Origin: a virus
Reading direction: 5' to 3' (one strand)
IMG/VR virus record: IMGVR_UViG_3300042286_000057
DNA length: 40,373 bases
Both the position numbers and the translations under genes were made by a program. The notes beneath the pieces are model-generated. The model was not told where the DNA came from, searched no databases, and saw only the letters and a program-made list of their open reading frames with translations. Positions 21,706-30,904 of the stretch are shown one piece after another (position 1 is the first letter of the stretch; each line of letters opens with the position of its first letter).

Positions 21706-22914
21706 TTACGGATTGCGAAAGCGGGGGCGGAACCCGAGACCCGTGTGCGCAGTCGTGCGCTCGTTGTAGAGGTTCAGCGCCGCGAGGCCGGCATTGCCGG
21801 CATTGTAGCGAGTGCCACCCCGGATCAGGAGCCGTTCTCCCGTAAGATTGGTGTAGAGGTAGCCCAAGGGGTCATCCACGCCTTTGGGCACGATCAGAGC
21901 GCGCTTGAGGGCGTCACTGGCTCCCGTGTTATCGACCGTTGACCAGGTGCGATTGCTCGGCAGATCAAACAGAGTGTCTTCATAACCCGCCTCAGCCGGG
22001 ATGCCGTTATCCGCACTCAGGAGCACGCGTCCATCCACCATCTTCATGCCGCTCAGCCATTCCCATACGTTGCCCACCATGTCGGCAATGCCTGCCATGG
22101 TCTCGTCGTGGCGCCACTGCACCGGGCCGGAGCCGGTCAGGGTGTTGCCGATTCCGGCACTGTCGCCCGGTACACCGTTGTCCTGCCGGGTGCCTGTCTC
22201 CCAGCGGTTGTCATGATGACGGCCATGATTGGTGTTGCCGCGCGGCTGGAAGCCGTTGGCCATGCACCACAGAGAGATGGCCGCCCAATCCCAAATAGTC
22301 ATCATGTCAAATCCGGCACCGGCGGCTTGACAGGCAGCGCGGGCGTTGTCGTAGTTGATGTTAACCGCCGGAGCGACCCCAGGCTGACTGACGGCCTCGC
22401 CATCAACGATTGCAGCTTGATAAGCGCCTACCCAGATCTCGGCGTCTTCCACCCCGTTAAAGACGAACGCCTCGTGGACGCCAGTGCCAAGCTCGCCGCC
22501 CGGTGCGATGTCTTCGCACAGGAACTTGCCCTGACGGACGAAGTAGCTCGGCTGCCCCTTGGCGGTGTAAAAGACGGTCATTCGCCCGCCGCTTGCAGCT
22601 TCAACGGAGCGCCTGAGGCCATCTATTAGCGCCGGAGCGGTCGGCAGTTTGTTGTCAAACGTATTCGCTGCGGCGGCGGCTGAATTCGCCGCGTCGGATG
22701 CCGATGCGCTGGCTGCGGCCGCTGAATTCGCTGCCTGTTGAGCGTTAGATCCGACTTCGGTCGCCTTTGTGTCAACGTAGTCGGCCTGCGCCTGCAATTG
22801 CTGCCGAAACGGCTCAAGGCTCGCCACAAACGCGTTAGACTTGGGAATAAACACACTCTCCGGCTCGCCACGCTGCGGGGCTGCCGGTAACGGGGTGGAC
22901 TGTGGTGCTGCCAT
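21706..22914 (-). CDS. tail fibre with an Ala/Ser-rich N-terminal stalk and a C-terminal FGE-sulfatase (SUMF1/C-type-lectin-fold) domain (402 aa)
   Basis: ANSAAAASASASDAANSAAAAAN is the stalk. GNVWEWLSG ... RGGTRYNAGN ... GLGFRPR is typical of the FGE-sulfatase fold. Confidence 0.8.
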   Translation of the reverse strand: MAAPQSTPLPAAPQRGEPESVFIPKSNAFVASLEPFRQQLQAQADYVDTKATEVGSNAQQAANSAAAASASASDAANSAAAAANTFDNKLPTAPALIDGLRRSVEAASGGRMTVFYTAKGQPSYFVRQGKFLCEDIAPGGELGTGVHEAFVFNGVEDAEIWVGAYQAAIVDGEAVSQPGVAPAVNINYDNARAACQAAGAGFDMMTIWDWAAISLWCMANGFQPRGNTNHGRHHDNRWETGTRQDNGVPGDSAGIGNTLTGSGPVQWRHDETMAGIADMVGNVWEWLSGMKMVDGRVLLSADNGIPAEAGYEDTLFDLPSNRTWSTVDNTGASDALKRALIVPKGVDDPLGYLYTNLTGERLLIRGGTRYNAGNAGLAALNLYNERTTAHTGLGFRPRFRNP

Positions 22915-22915
22915 G

Positions 22916-24811
22916 TTATAGGCCCTCTACGGTGATGGTGACGTTGGAAAACGCCGGATTGCTCAAGAGTATATCAAACTCACGGAAATAGCCGTACACG
23001 ATGGTCTCCTCCAAGTCTACGGAGCCGATCCAGACGACCGGGGTGGCGCGCAGTCGCGCCAGGGTACGCTGCACTGAACCGCCGTAGGCGGGCGGTATCA
23101 CGGCGTCAAACTCGGCCCGCTTGGAGAACCGGCGCGGGACGATCTCGAAGTTTCCGAACTGGTCGGCTTCTTTGCGACTGAAGTCGATGATACCCGCGCT
23201 GCTGCCGTACTGTGCGTCACCGATCTTGTAGATGGTGCCCAGCACCACCTCGCCTATCGCCACGTCCGCGCCGGCCCCATCCAACGTGATCTGAACCGTG
23301 CCGTCAATGTAGGCCGGCAAGTCCACGCGGGCCAAGTCCGCCTTGACCAGATACGGGTCGAAGAAAAAGCTGTACCAATCCTGCACACCGGAGTTGTCCA
23401 GCATGCTGATAGCGCCGGTGTCGTACACGAGCCCGTCGGTTGGGTCGGTGTAGGTGATCTGCACGGTGCTGGCGTTTACGTTAAAAAGCGCAATGCCGTT
23501 CACCAGCATACCGGGGGTGATGTTGATCACAAGGGGGCTGGGGCCTGTAGTTAGGCTGTCTAGCTTGTTGTCGAACATGCGCAGGGGGTTGATGAAGCCG
23601 AGGTCTAGCCAGGTTGGCGGGTCTGCGAGAGCGCCAACATCGGGGCGGTCGTTGTTGTTTGTTAGGGCCTCATAACGATGATCGCCATACAGGTAAACGT
23701 CACCCGCCGTTACAGATGGGTTTGTTTGCGTAATGATCGTCAGGTCCGGCAGGTCGGCAACAACAAACCCTTGAGCCTGACGGATGCCAAGATGATTCGC
23801 GCTGGCCGCAATCGCCTGGTACTTGTCGGTCCCGTAGTTCTCGTAGAACTCCGGCGACAGGGTGTTCGACGTTGATTCGATGGTTCGAGTAGTGAGGTTG
23901 AGTTTGCGCACGTACGGCTGAACCCAGAATCCGAAATAGATTCCTGATCCGTCGTCGCTCTCGCAAAAGGCTCTCGTCGATGATGGGAGCGGCAGCGTGG
24001 TCGCGGCCGCTAAAGTCGTTGGATTCCGCCACTCAATATTGCTCGACTTGATAACGCCGACCTCATTTGCCACCGGATCATAAATCAGTGCGGCACCGTC
24101 GAGGTCGCCGAACGAATCCCGGACTTGACTGGTGGTGGTGCCGTCAAACGACATCAAATAGCCGGTAGTCACGCCGCCCGTACTGGTGACTGCGTTCAAA
24201 TAGGCGAACGCCTTCCCGGTGGCATTGTCATAGCACAGCCCGCATATTGCATGGATGCCTGCGTTGGAGTCCTCATGGGACAGCCAGTCACCGTCTGATC
24301 GCCCGTAGTTCACCAGATTGACAATCGTAATACGGCTCTCTTTCACCTCGTTGTTTTTACGAACCGTGGGCAACACCAGCGCAGACGAATCGGACGAAAA
24401 AACAACCCGGGTCCACCGGTACCACAGGCAGTGATCCGTGAATTTCCGCAGGCCAGTGCTCACCTCGTATAACTCAACCACATAGTTGCCGCCCGGCACG
24501 CTAAACGCGACGGCAATGTGCGAGTCATCGCGGGCAACTGCGATGAAGACCGGCGTGACCGTCTCTGGCTGCTGCCAACTCAGATTAACGCCAGTGGTTT
24601 CCCCGGTGATGGGATCGTGCCGGCGTAGGTCGAACGGGCCTGAGCTCGACTTCATGATGTAAATGAACCCGCTTGATGCCGCAACTAGCGGGCCACTCAA
24701 ACTTTCAGCGTAGTCCGGACCGGTTGGAGCCCAAACAGGGTTTTGCTCGGTCGGAGCGTTGCTGGTAACAATTCCATCCGCCGTCAAATCCATCGGCCTG
24801 ATAATCTTCAC
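22916..24811 (-). CDS. tail tip / distal tail protein (631 aa)
   Basis: Immediately downstream of the tape measure gene with an ATGA overlap. Large and beta-rich. No precise family was recognised. Confidence 0.8.
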   Translation of the reverse strand: MKIIRPMDLTADGIVTSNAPTEQNPVWAPTGPDYAESLSGPLVAASSGFIYIMKSSSGPFDLRRHDPITGETTGVNLSWQQPETVTPVFIAVARDDSHIAVAFSVPGGNYVVELYEVSTGLRKFTDHCLWYRWTRVVFSSDSSALVLPTVRKNNEVKESRITIVNLVNYGRSDGDWLSHEDSNAGIHAICGLCYDNATGKAFAYLNAVTSTGGVTTGYLMSFDGTTTSQVRDSFGDLDGAALIYDPVANEVGVIKSSNIEWRNPTTLAAATTLPLPSSTRAFCESDDGSGIYFGFWVQPYVRKLNLTTRTIESTSNTLSPEFYENYGTDKYQAIAASANHLGIRQAQGFVVADLPDLTIITQTNPSVTAGDVYLYGDHRYEALTNNNDRPDVGALADPPTWLDLGFINPLRMFDNKLDSLTTGPSPLVINITPGMLVNGIALFNVNASTVQITYTDPTDGLVYDTGAISMLDNSGVQDWYSFFFDPYLVKADLARVDLPAYIDGTVQITLDGAGADVAIGEVVLGTIYKIGDAQYGSSAGIIDFSRKEADQFGNFEIVPRRFSKRAEFDAVIPPAYGGSVQRTLARLRATPVVWIGSVDLEETIVYGYFREFDILLSNPAFSNVTITVEGL

Positions 24812-27800
24812 GAGCGCACCTCGATTCCGTCAATTTCGAACCGCTCCAATGTCTTTGCGGTCTTGTTGGCCTGTTTTATGAGGGCCAGCTGGCTGCGCTC
24901 CAGATCATCGCGCAAGCCCTTAATCGCCTCAAGCTGGTTTTCCAAACTGCGCAACATGCGAGCCTCCCTGTCCTCTGCCGTCTGCGTCACGTCGCCCACG
25001 CGGCCAATAACGCCAGCTGTGCGGGCGTACTCGCGAGCGTAGTCAGCAAACGTCCCGAAGTTGCCTTGGTCAATCTGTGTGGCCCGGTCCAGCGCTGATT
25101 GCAGTGTACCAAAATTCGACACGCGGCCAGCGTTGGCGATTTGCTCCAGCGTTTGCAGGGCGCTCTGGCGGCTGGCCTCTTGCACGGCGCTGGACTGAAA
25201 CAGCATGGAGTCCATGGCGGACTGTACGGCGCGGTTGGCGCGCTTGGCCTCGCTTAGCCGGTCGCGCTGGCCTGCGATTTCGGTCTGGTAGTAGCTTTCC
25301 TGCGCCTTCTCAATCGCGCTATAGTACTGGTCCGCCACACCCTGCAACCGCAACAGCGTGGCGATATTCTCCGCCCCCTCCTTGGTTGCAGCGTCCTGCG
25401 CCTGCATGAGCGCCCAGAAGCCATCCCGCGTCTCTGGCAACGGCAAATCGCCCAGGCCCTGAGCCAGCGCGTTGGCATTGATGGCAAACTGCTGCGCCTC
25501 GGTCGCAAAGTTGCCGATGAAGTTCTGCATGTTGCTGATGAACTGATCTAGCCCGCCATTCAGCTCAATCAGCCGGTCAGAGGCGTTAATCAATTCCGCC
25601 CCGGCCAATGAGCTAAACCGCAAGCCCAACATATCCACGGCTTGCTCGGTCACCTGAACCTGTGTGGCTACCCGTGCCAACGTCTCGCCAAGGCCTTCGC
25701 CGGCGCGCTGGAAGTCGTCAAGGAATGGGATGGCGGCCCCCGCCAGCTGGTCGAACACAGTGCCAAAGTAGGCTTCCAGTTCTGCTTGCTGCTCGGCTGC
25801 GTTCAACCCTTCGAGGCTTAGGCGCTGCGTCTGCACCCTGAACCCTGCCAGCCGCCCCATGGCGTCAACTCCGAGCACGTCCGCGCCGGCCACTACGCTA
25901 TCCAACAGGCTCTCGAACACGAGGCTGAACTGCTGCTCAACATCACCACCGATACGCTGAAAACGTTCTTTGGTGTCGTAATCGTCGAAGGCGTGCTTCT
26001 TGACACGGAACGTGGCGTACGCGTTCACGATCGTTTCGTCAATCAGATCGGTAATGTAGCCGCCGATGATCTGGATGCCTTCGTCTCGTTTCTTGACCTT
26101 GCCGCCCAGTAGCTTGCCGAAATCTACAAGCCCCCCAGTGAACATGAAGCTCAGGTAGTCCAGATACGCGTCTGCCGCGAACTCAAACGCGCCACCCAGC
26201 CCGAGCGAAAGCGCTTGGGCGCCACTGTAAACGCTTGGCATTCCAATGCCGTCTTGGGCGCCTGCCTGACCTCTTGCAACCCTTGCAGACGCCCCAGCAA
26301 TACCCAGCTGCACCGCCTGCAACGCCCGCAACATATCCCGGTTAATGCCCACCAGCTCACGGGACGCCCCCGCGCTGATGTCCACGGCCTTGGCGATGGA
26401 CTCCGACTTGGCATCAATGGAGCCCAGCACCGTGCCGGTGCCCTGGGCTGCCTGCCGGGCTGCGGTCGGATCCCAGTCATCGCTGAAGTAGTCGGACAGT
26501 TCGGACACGGCCAACTGAATCGCGCCGCCAGCGACCGCCCCGGCAATGGGGCCGGCAAACGCCCCGCCGATCTGGGCAAGGGCGCTGCTGTTGGCGGTCA
26601 AGTCTTTGGCCAGGCTGTCGGTGATGGTCTTGTTGACGATGCCCGCGATGGACGTTGCCAGTGTATTGCCGATCACGTCACCGATCTTGTCCCAGTCGCC
26701 CGAGGCTATGGCGTCTTGTAGGCTGCTGGCTACGGAGTCGGCGGCAGTTTGCCAGGGGTTGACGAACGCTTCGGCGGAATCCTCGCCTGCTTCCGCCATG
26801 GCCTCAACAAGCCCCTTGATGAGCTTGTCACGCATCTCCGGACTAATGATGCCCGCCGCTGAAGCCTCCATCAGAGTGTTGATCTGGCGGTTTAGCGTGG
26901 CGAACTCTGCGCCGAGTGGGTCTACCTCATCTCGGATTTTGGCAACCGCTTTGGCCAGCTTTTCAAGCTCTTCAGACCCAGTCTTGGCGGTGTTCATCAT
27001 CGTCTGCAAAGACTGCGTCTGAATGTCAAATGATTCTCTAGCAAGCTGTTGGGCTTCAAGAATGTCTGCGCTTACATTAACGATAGCGTCACGCTCTGCC
27101 AAAATTGTTGATATGGAGTCAAGCCTGGCTTGGTTTGCCCCGTCAATTGCGGCTGAGAGCTGATTCCTTATGGCGGTCTGCGCGTCATCGTCAAACCAGT
27201 TTCGAGGGTCAAGGTACTGCGCAATGGCTGACGCATAGGCCCCAGCTTTATCAACGAACGCGGCCACCTCAACCGTCGCTATCTGAATTAATGCGCGGAC
27301 ATTGGCTGGAAAATTCAGGAATGCGTCGCCGAGGAATCCGACAGTATCAGACCACATACCCTGAATGTCATTTCCAGAGGCCGCGAACATTTCACCAACA
27401 ATGTTAAGCGTTGTTCTGACATCGCCCGCCCAAACTGACCATTGTGAAGCCATCGCGGGAAGAATGTCGCCAAAATCAATTAAGCGTTCAGAAGCCCAGA
27501 CAATAGCCTCGCCAACGCCAGAAACCGCAGAGTTAATGCCGTCAGAGCTGCCAATAAATTGCAGCATATTGGTTCTGGCAATCTCCAGATTCTGCCCGAA
27601 CGTCGCCACAGTCTTGTTAAAGTTGGTGTCAATCTCTTCAGCCGCGCCGCGCAGCGCGTTTACCACAATCTCTGCGGTGATGCCGCCCTCGGCTGCAAAG
27701 GCCCGCAATTCTCCAATGGTCATGTTCAGGCTGTCGGCAATGGCGCGCATGAGCGCCGGGGCTTGTTCGGAGACCGAGTTAAACTCGTCACCCCGCAATG

Positions 27801-28296
27801 CACCAGCGGCCAAACCCTGGGAGAGCTGCGTGATAGCTGCGGCGGCCTCAGAGGCACTCGCACCAGACACGGCAAACGACTGGTTGATGGTAGTTGTCAG
27901 ACCAATCAGGTCTTCGGTGGATAGCCCCAACTCAGTTGTCGAGCGGGCAAGGCGCGCATACAGGTTGGCCGTGGCGTCAAAATTCGAGCGGGTGTCCTTT
28001 GCAACATTAACCAGTCGCGCCTGTATGGCCTCAAGCTCACGCGTGCCGCTAGTGACCTGCCTGAGCTGGTTAGCGACGTTTTGCCAGGTATCGGCGTACT
28101 GGATGACCTCGCGCGCCGAAAGGGCCGCTACCAGTCCGGTAACGGCACGCCTTGCCGCGTCCGTGGCCGTGGTCAGTTGGCGAGTAGACCTCTCAGCCTT
28201 CCCCGCCGCCCCGCTCATTCGGGTCAACTCGGCAGACGCCCGCCGCATCGGTGACGAGTCGATGTTAAAGCCCAGTTCCGCCATCGTTGCGGCCAT
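24808..28296 (-). CDS. tape measure protein (1162 aa)
   Basis: Length, Ala/Gly/Gln-rich helical composition, and position after the chaperone pair. Confidence 0.9.
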   Translation of the reverse strand: MAATMAELGFNIDSSPMRRASAELTRMSGAAGKAERSTRQLTTATDAARRAVTGLVAALSAREVIQYADTWQNVANQLRQVTSGTRELEAIQARLVNVAKDTRSNFDATANLYARLARSTTELGLSTEDLIGLTTTINQSFAVSGASASEAAAAITQLSQGLAAGALRGDEFNSVSEQAPALMRAIADSLNMTIGELRAFAAEGGITAEIVVNALRGAAEEIDTNFNKTVATFGQNLEIARTNMLQFIGSSDGINSAVSGVGEAIVWASERLIDFGDILPAMASQWSVWAGDVRTTLNIVGEMFAASGNDIQGMWSDTVGFLGDAFLNFPANVRALIQIATVEVAAFVDKAGAYASAIAQYLDPRNWFDDDAQTAIRNQLSAAIDGANQARLDSISTILAERDAIVNVSADILEAQQLARESFDIQTQSLQTMMNTAKTGSEELEKLAKAVAKIRDEVDPLGAEFATLNRQINTLMEASAAGIISPEMRDKLIKGLVEAMAEAGEDSAEAFVNPWQTAADSVASSLQDAIASGDWDKIGDVIGNTLATSIAGIVNKTITDSLAKDLTANSSALAQIGGAFAGPIAGAVAGGAIQLAVSELSDYFSDDWDPTAARQAAQGTGTVLGSIDAKSESIAKAVDISAGASRELVGINRDMLRALQAVQLGIAGASARVARGQAGAQDGIGMPSVYSGAQALSLGLGGAFEFAADAYLDYLSFMFTGGLVDFGKLLGGKVKKRDEGIQIIGGYITDLIDETIVNAYATFRVKKHAFDDYDTKERFQRIGGDVEQQFSLVFESLLDSVVAGADVLGVDAMGRLAGFRVQTQRLSLEGLNAAEQQAELEAYFGTVFDQLAGAAIPFLDDFQRAGEGLGETLARVATQVQVTEQAVDMLGLRFSSLAGAELINASDRLIELNGGLDQFISNMQNFIGNFATEAQQFAINANALAQGLGDLPLPETRDGFWALMQAQDAATKEGAENIATLLRLQGVADQYYSAIEKAQESYYQTEIAGQRDRLSEAKRANRAVQSAMDSMLFQSSAVQEASRQSALQTLEQIANAGRVSNFGTLQSALDRATQIDQGNFGTFADYAREYARTAGVIGRVGDVTQTAEDREARMLRSLENQLEAIKGLRDDLERSQLALIKQANKTAKTLERFEIDGIEVRS

Positions 28297-28320
28297 ATGC
28301 GACAGTCTCCCGACGTTGCT

Positions 28321-28785
28321 TTACTCTAGTTTATCACGGTTTGCTGCGCTTGCGTCACGCTGCCTGAGTAGGTAGCCGGTTGCGCTCCGCGTGCGGTCGA
28401 TATAGGGCACGTCATCCGCGATGTCTCCCTGCTTGCCGCCCTTTGCCAGCCACTGGCAGTAGGCGCGGGACATGTCCATAAGGCGGGACAGCTCCCAGCC
28501 GGTTAACTGCAAGCGTCCGCAATGGTCGAACGCCTGCAACTCTGCCCAGCTCAGCGCCACCTGCCCACCCATCCCTGCGGGCGCGGCCATGCCGGTGTCA
28601 ATAAACAGCCCGGCCAGATACTCGTGCTCGTCAAGCTCCGGCATGGCCGTATAGGGGTGATCTGGGCCGTACTGCTCGTACCGGGTGCGCCTGTCATCCT
28701 TGCGCTTGCGCTCCGGTACGCTGTGCATCCATCCGAGTTGCGCTGCCCAGAGCTTTAGTCTGTCGGCAGCTTCTGCGTAAAATTT
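28321..28785 (-). CDS. -1 frame extension of the tail assembly chaperone (GT-like product)
   Basis: The -1 frame is open from the slippery site A_AAT_TTT (28785-28779) through YAEAADRLKLWAAQLGW into track ORF 28321..28728. Confidence 0.65.
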   Translation of the reverse strand, partial: KFYAEAADRLKLWAAQLGWMHSVPERKRKDDRRTRYEQYGPDHPYTAMPELDEHEYLAGLFIDTGMAAPAGMGGQVALSWAELQAFDHCGRLQLTGWELSRLMDMSRAYCQWLAKGGKQGDIADDVPYIDRTRSATGYLLRQRDASAANRDKLE

Positions 28786-29159
28786 TCCTGCGCCACTACA
28801 AACCGCAGGGCTTGCATGCGGATGTCTTTGTAGTTCAGGTACAGCTTAATGGCGTTTTCGTAGTTGCATTCGCCAACCTCTGCGGGCATGTTTTCCCACG
28901 CCAGGGTCATCTTGGCAAAGAGTTTGCTATCTTCCAGTGCTACGTCTTCCAGACTTCGGTCGTCTTTTTTCCCCTGGCCTTTCATGGCTTTGCGCTGGAA
29001 CGACGTCCACGCATCGCAATCGGGGCCTTTAAGCTTGATGCGCAGGGGCTTGTTCTTGCCGTTGTATACGCGCTCGTCGGTGCCGGGTGAGCACAGGTGC
29101 AGCCATGCACCTTCTTCGGACGCGGAAACGGTATCAAATTGCTTCAAAATGTTGGTCAT
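28755..29159 (-). CDS. tail assembly chaperone (G-like, 134 aa)
   Basis: It sits between the tail tube and tape measure genes. A slippery heptamer lies 8 codons before its stop. Confidence 0.75.
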   Translation of the reverse strand: MTNILKQFDTVSASEEGAWLHLCSPGTDERVYNGKNKPLRIKLKGPDCDAWTSFQRKAMKGQGKKDDRSLEDVALEDSKLFAKMTLAWENMPAEVGECNYENAIKLYLNYKDIRMQALRFVVAQENFTQKLPTD

Positions 29160-29247
29160 ATCATGCCTCGCTATGCATCCGGAAAGATGACCGGCAAGCG
29201 GTGGATGAGGCCGCCTTTCGCTTGCGGGCTAGCCGGTCAATTTGGGG

Positions 29248-29700
29248 TTAAGGTGCCGGAACGTTCAGGACAGGCGTGTTGATCTCAAAGTTCACGTTCG
29301 AGCCAACAACGCTGTTAGCAGATCCAGGAGCTTTGGTGTAGCTGAATACACGTCCAACGTAGTAATCAATGGAACCGTCTGCGTACTGAACTTTCACCGA
29401 ATGCTCGCCAGCGGTCGCCGGATTATTGGCCGCATCGCTCAACAGGGTCTGCCCTGCATCAGCAACGTCCCAGCCAAGAGCAATGGTCTGGCTGCCATAA
29501 TTTATAAACCCTGGAAGCTTCTGGGTTACGCCGGTCTTTAGTGGGTTGTGGGTGACAACTTCGACGTTTGGCCCGTATTCGCCGAGATCGGTAACTTCAC
29601 CAACCTCAACAAATGCAAGGGCTTCGTAGCCGAGTTTATCGAGGGTCGCGGGTGCGCCCGCAGCAACAGAAAGGGTAATTCCGGTACTTGTAATCACCAT
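29248..29700 (-). CDS. major tail (tube) protein (150 aa from ATG 29700)
   Basis: Position, size, and a TGGAGA SD before ATG 29700. It is flanked by an upstream terminator/promoter and a downstream hairpin, which suggests high expression. The track ORF extends to 29736. Confidence 0.75.
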   Translation of the reverse strand: MVITSTGITLSVAAGAPATLDKLGYEALAFVEVGEVTDLGEYGPNVEVVTHNPLKTGVTQKLPGFINYGSQTIALGWDVADAGQTLLSDAANNPATAGEHSVKVQYADGSIDYYVGRVFSYTKAPGSANSVVGSNVNFEINTPVLNVPAP

Positions 29701-29768
29701 GGTTAAGTCTCCAATATTGGAAAATTTCGCCATCACGACGAGAAGCTGCCTAGGTACAGCCTTGTCTC

Positions 29769-29796
29769 AGTATACCCTAGTTTTGAGTTGAAACAA
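29769..29796 (-). promoter_or_regulatory. possible promoter in front of the tail tube gene
   Basis: The minus strand reads TTGTTT (29796-29791), a 16-nt spacer, then TATACT (29774-29769). It abuts the terminator T-tract. Confidence 0.4.
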
Positions 29797-29817
29797 AAAA
29801 CCCCGCACAAAGCGGGG
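29795..29817 (-). terminator. intrinsic terminator between the head-tail joining genes and the tail tube gene
   Basis: The minus strand reads CCCCGC-TTTGT-GCGGGG followed by TTTTTTG. Confidence 0.8.
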
Positions 29818-29862
29818 CAGGGAGAGAGGCGGAGCGTCATCAACGACGAGTCCAGATGCAGC

Positions 29863-30258
29863 TTACCCCGAATACTCCACAGAAACAACCACCATCAACC
29901 GGTCGTCATCGGCTTGCAGCTCCATATCGTATGGCTCACGGATGACGCGCACGCTACCAATCAAGCCAGTGCCCTTGGCATACAGCGCCCTGATCTGATC
30001 CGCCGCCGCGTGAACGGCCTCAAGGCCAGCGCCAGGGCGGTTAACGCATGCCACCTGCAAGATGCCACGGGGAACCACTGTGTCGGAGTAGCGCAAGCCG
30101 TTGTCGATACCTTCATTCGGGAAAAACGACACCTCCAGCCACACGCCAGATGATGGGGGCGTGAAGTTGAAGCCCGGCCATGAGATGGGGTAGCCGAGCG
30201 CTGCGTTGTTCAGCCGCGTGATGGCGGCCATGTAGATTTGGTTGTTTGTGGGGGTCAT
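29863..30258 (-). CDS. tail terminator-like protein (DUF4128-like, 131 aa)
   Basis: The ISWPGFNFTPPSSGVWLEVSFFP ... GILQVACVNRPGAG pattern, plus position. Confidence 0.7.
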   Translation of the reverse strand: MTPTNNQIYMAAITRLNNAALGYPISWPGFNFTPPSSGVWLEVSFFPNEGIDNGLRYSDTVVPRGILQVACVNRPGAGLEAVHAAADQIRALYAKGTGLIGSVRVIREPYDMELQADDDRLMVVVSVEYSG

Positions 30259-30485
30259 TGGTCGTCATCCTCGTCTGGCTCAGCTATAACGATACCCTCA
30301 ATGCCGTGCAGGTTCTCGATCTCTGAGACTTCGACGGTAATTGTTGCCTCCAAAATCTCATTGACGGACCAGTCGCACCGAATGCGAGTGATGCCGTGGA
30401 TTTCGTGGCCGCCATCTGTGTAGACCTTGATACCGTTGGTCGCTTTCGGGCCATCGCCTTCCGGTAATACGATTTTAATGGTCAC
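30255..30485 (-). CDS. hypothetical structural protein (76 aa)
   Basis: Track ORF with ATGA-type overlaps on both sides. Confidence 0.7.
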   Translation of the reverse strand: MTIKIVLPEGDGPKATNGIKVYTDGGHEIHGITRIRCDWSVNEILEATITVEVSEIENLHGIEGIVIAEPDEDDDQ

Positions 30486-30904
30486 TTAATCGCCCTCCTA
30501 ACCCGTCGTGCGGCATTAGCCGCTATGATGTCCCAGTTTTGTGCGGCCCGCCGCATGAAAGAGTAGCGCGCCTCCATGTAGATCGCATAATTGGCCGTCC
30601 ATCCGAGCACCAGCCTGTCACCAATCTTAACGCTGTTGATTGCCAGCAGTGCGGGGCCCGCATCAAAGTCTGTGTTTTTGTAACCCTTTGGCGCGGTGTC
30701 CTCGCCGGACGGGATAGAGTTCACTGCGCCCGTGAAGCTGTTACGCAAGAAGCCTGTATCAATCGGCGTATTTCCCGTTTTGAACCGGCTCTCATTGGCC
30801 TGCATCGTCAGGTCTTGTGCGGCTTCTTTAAGAGTCGCCTCCATGGCCGCCTCGGCTTTGCGCTGCCATGCCAGCACCTGTCGCTCGAATCTTGAAAGGG
30901 CCAT
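30482..30904 (-). CDS. HK97 gp10-family head-tail joining protein (140 aa)
   Basis: PIDTGFLRNSF and YAIYMEARY are hallmarks of this family. Confidence 0.8.
   Translation of the reverse strand: MALSRFERQVLAWQRKAEAAMEATLKEAAQDLTMQANESRFKTGNTPIDTGFLRNSFTGAVNSIPSGEDTAPKGYKNTDFDAGPALLAINSVKIGDRLVLGWTANYAIYMEARYSFMRRAAQNWDIIAANAARRVRRAIK

Noticed and set aside
21700-21713. Tandem repeat TACGGAT x2 at the 3' end of the fibre gene
   Set aside because: There are only two copies of a 7-mer, spanning the stop codon. There is no array and no associated structure, so it is most likely fortuitous.
21706-21830. Possible diversity-generating retroelement. The C-terminal FGE/C-type-lectin-fold segment of the fibre is the kind of variable region that DGRs target.
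   Set aside because: The window holds no reverse transcriptase ORF, no Avd-like basic four-helix protein, and no second template-repeat copy of the 3' end of the fibre gene. The 97-aa gene downstream is acidic and unlike Avd.
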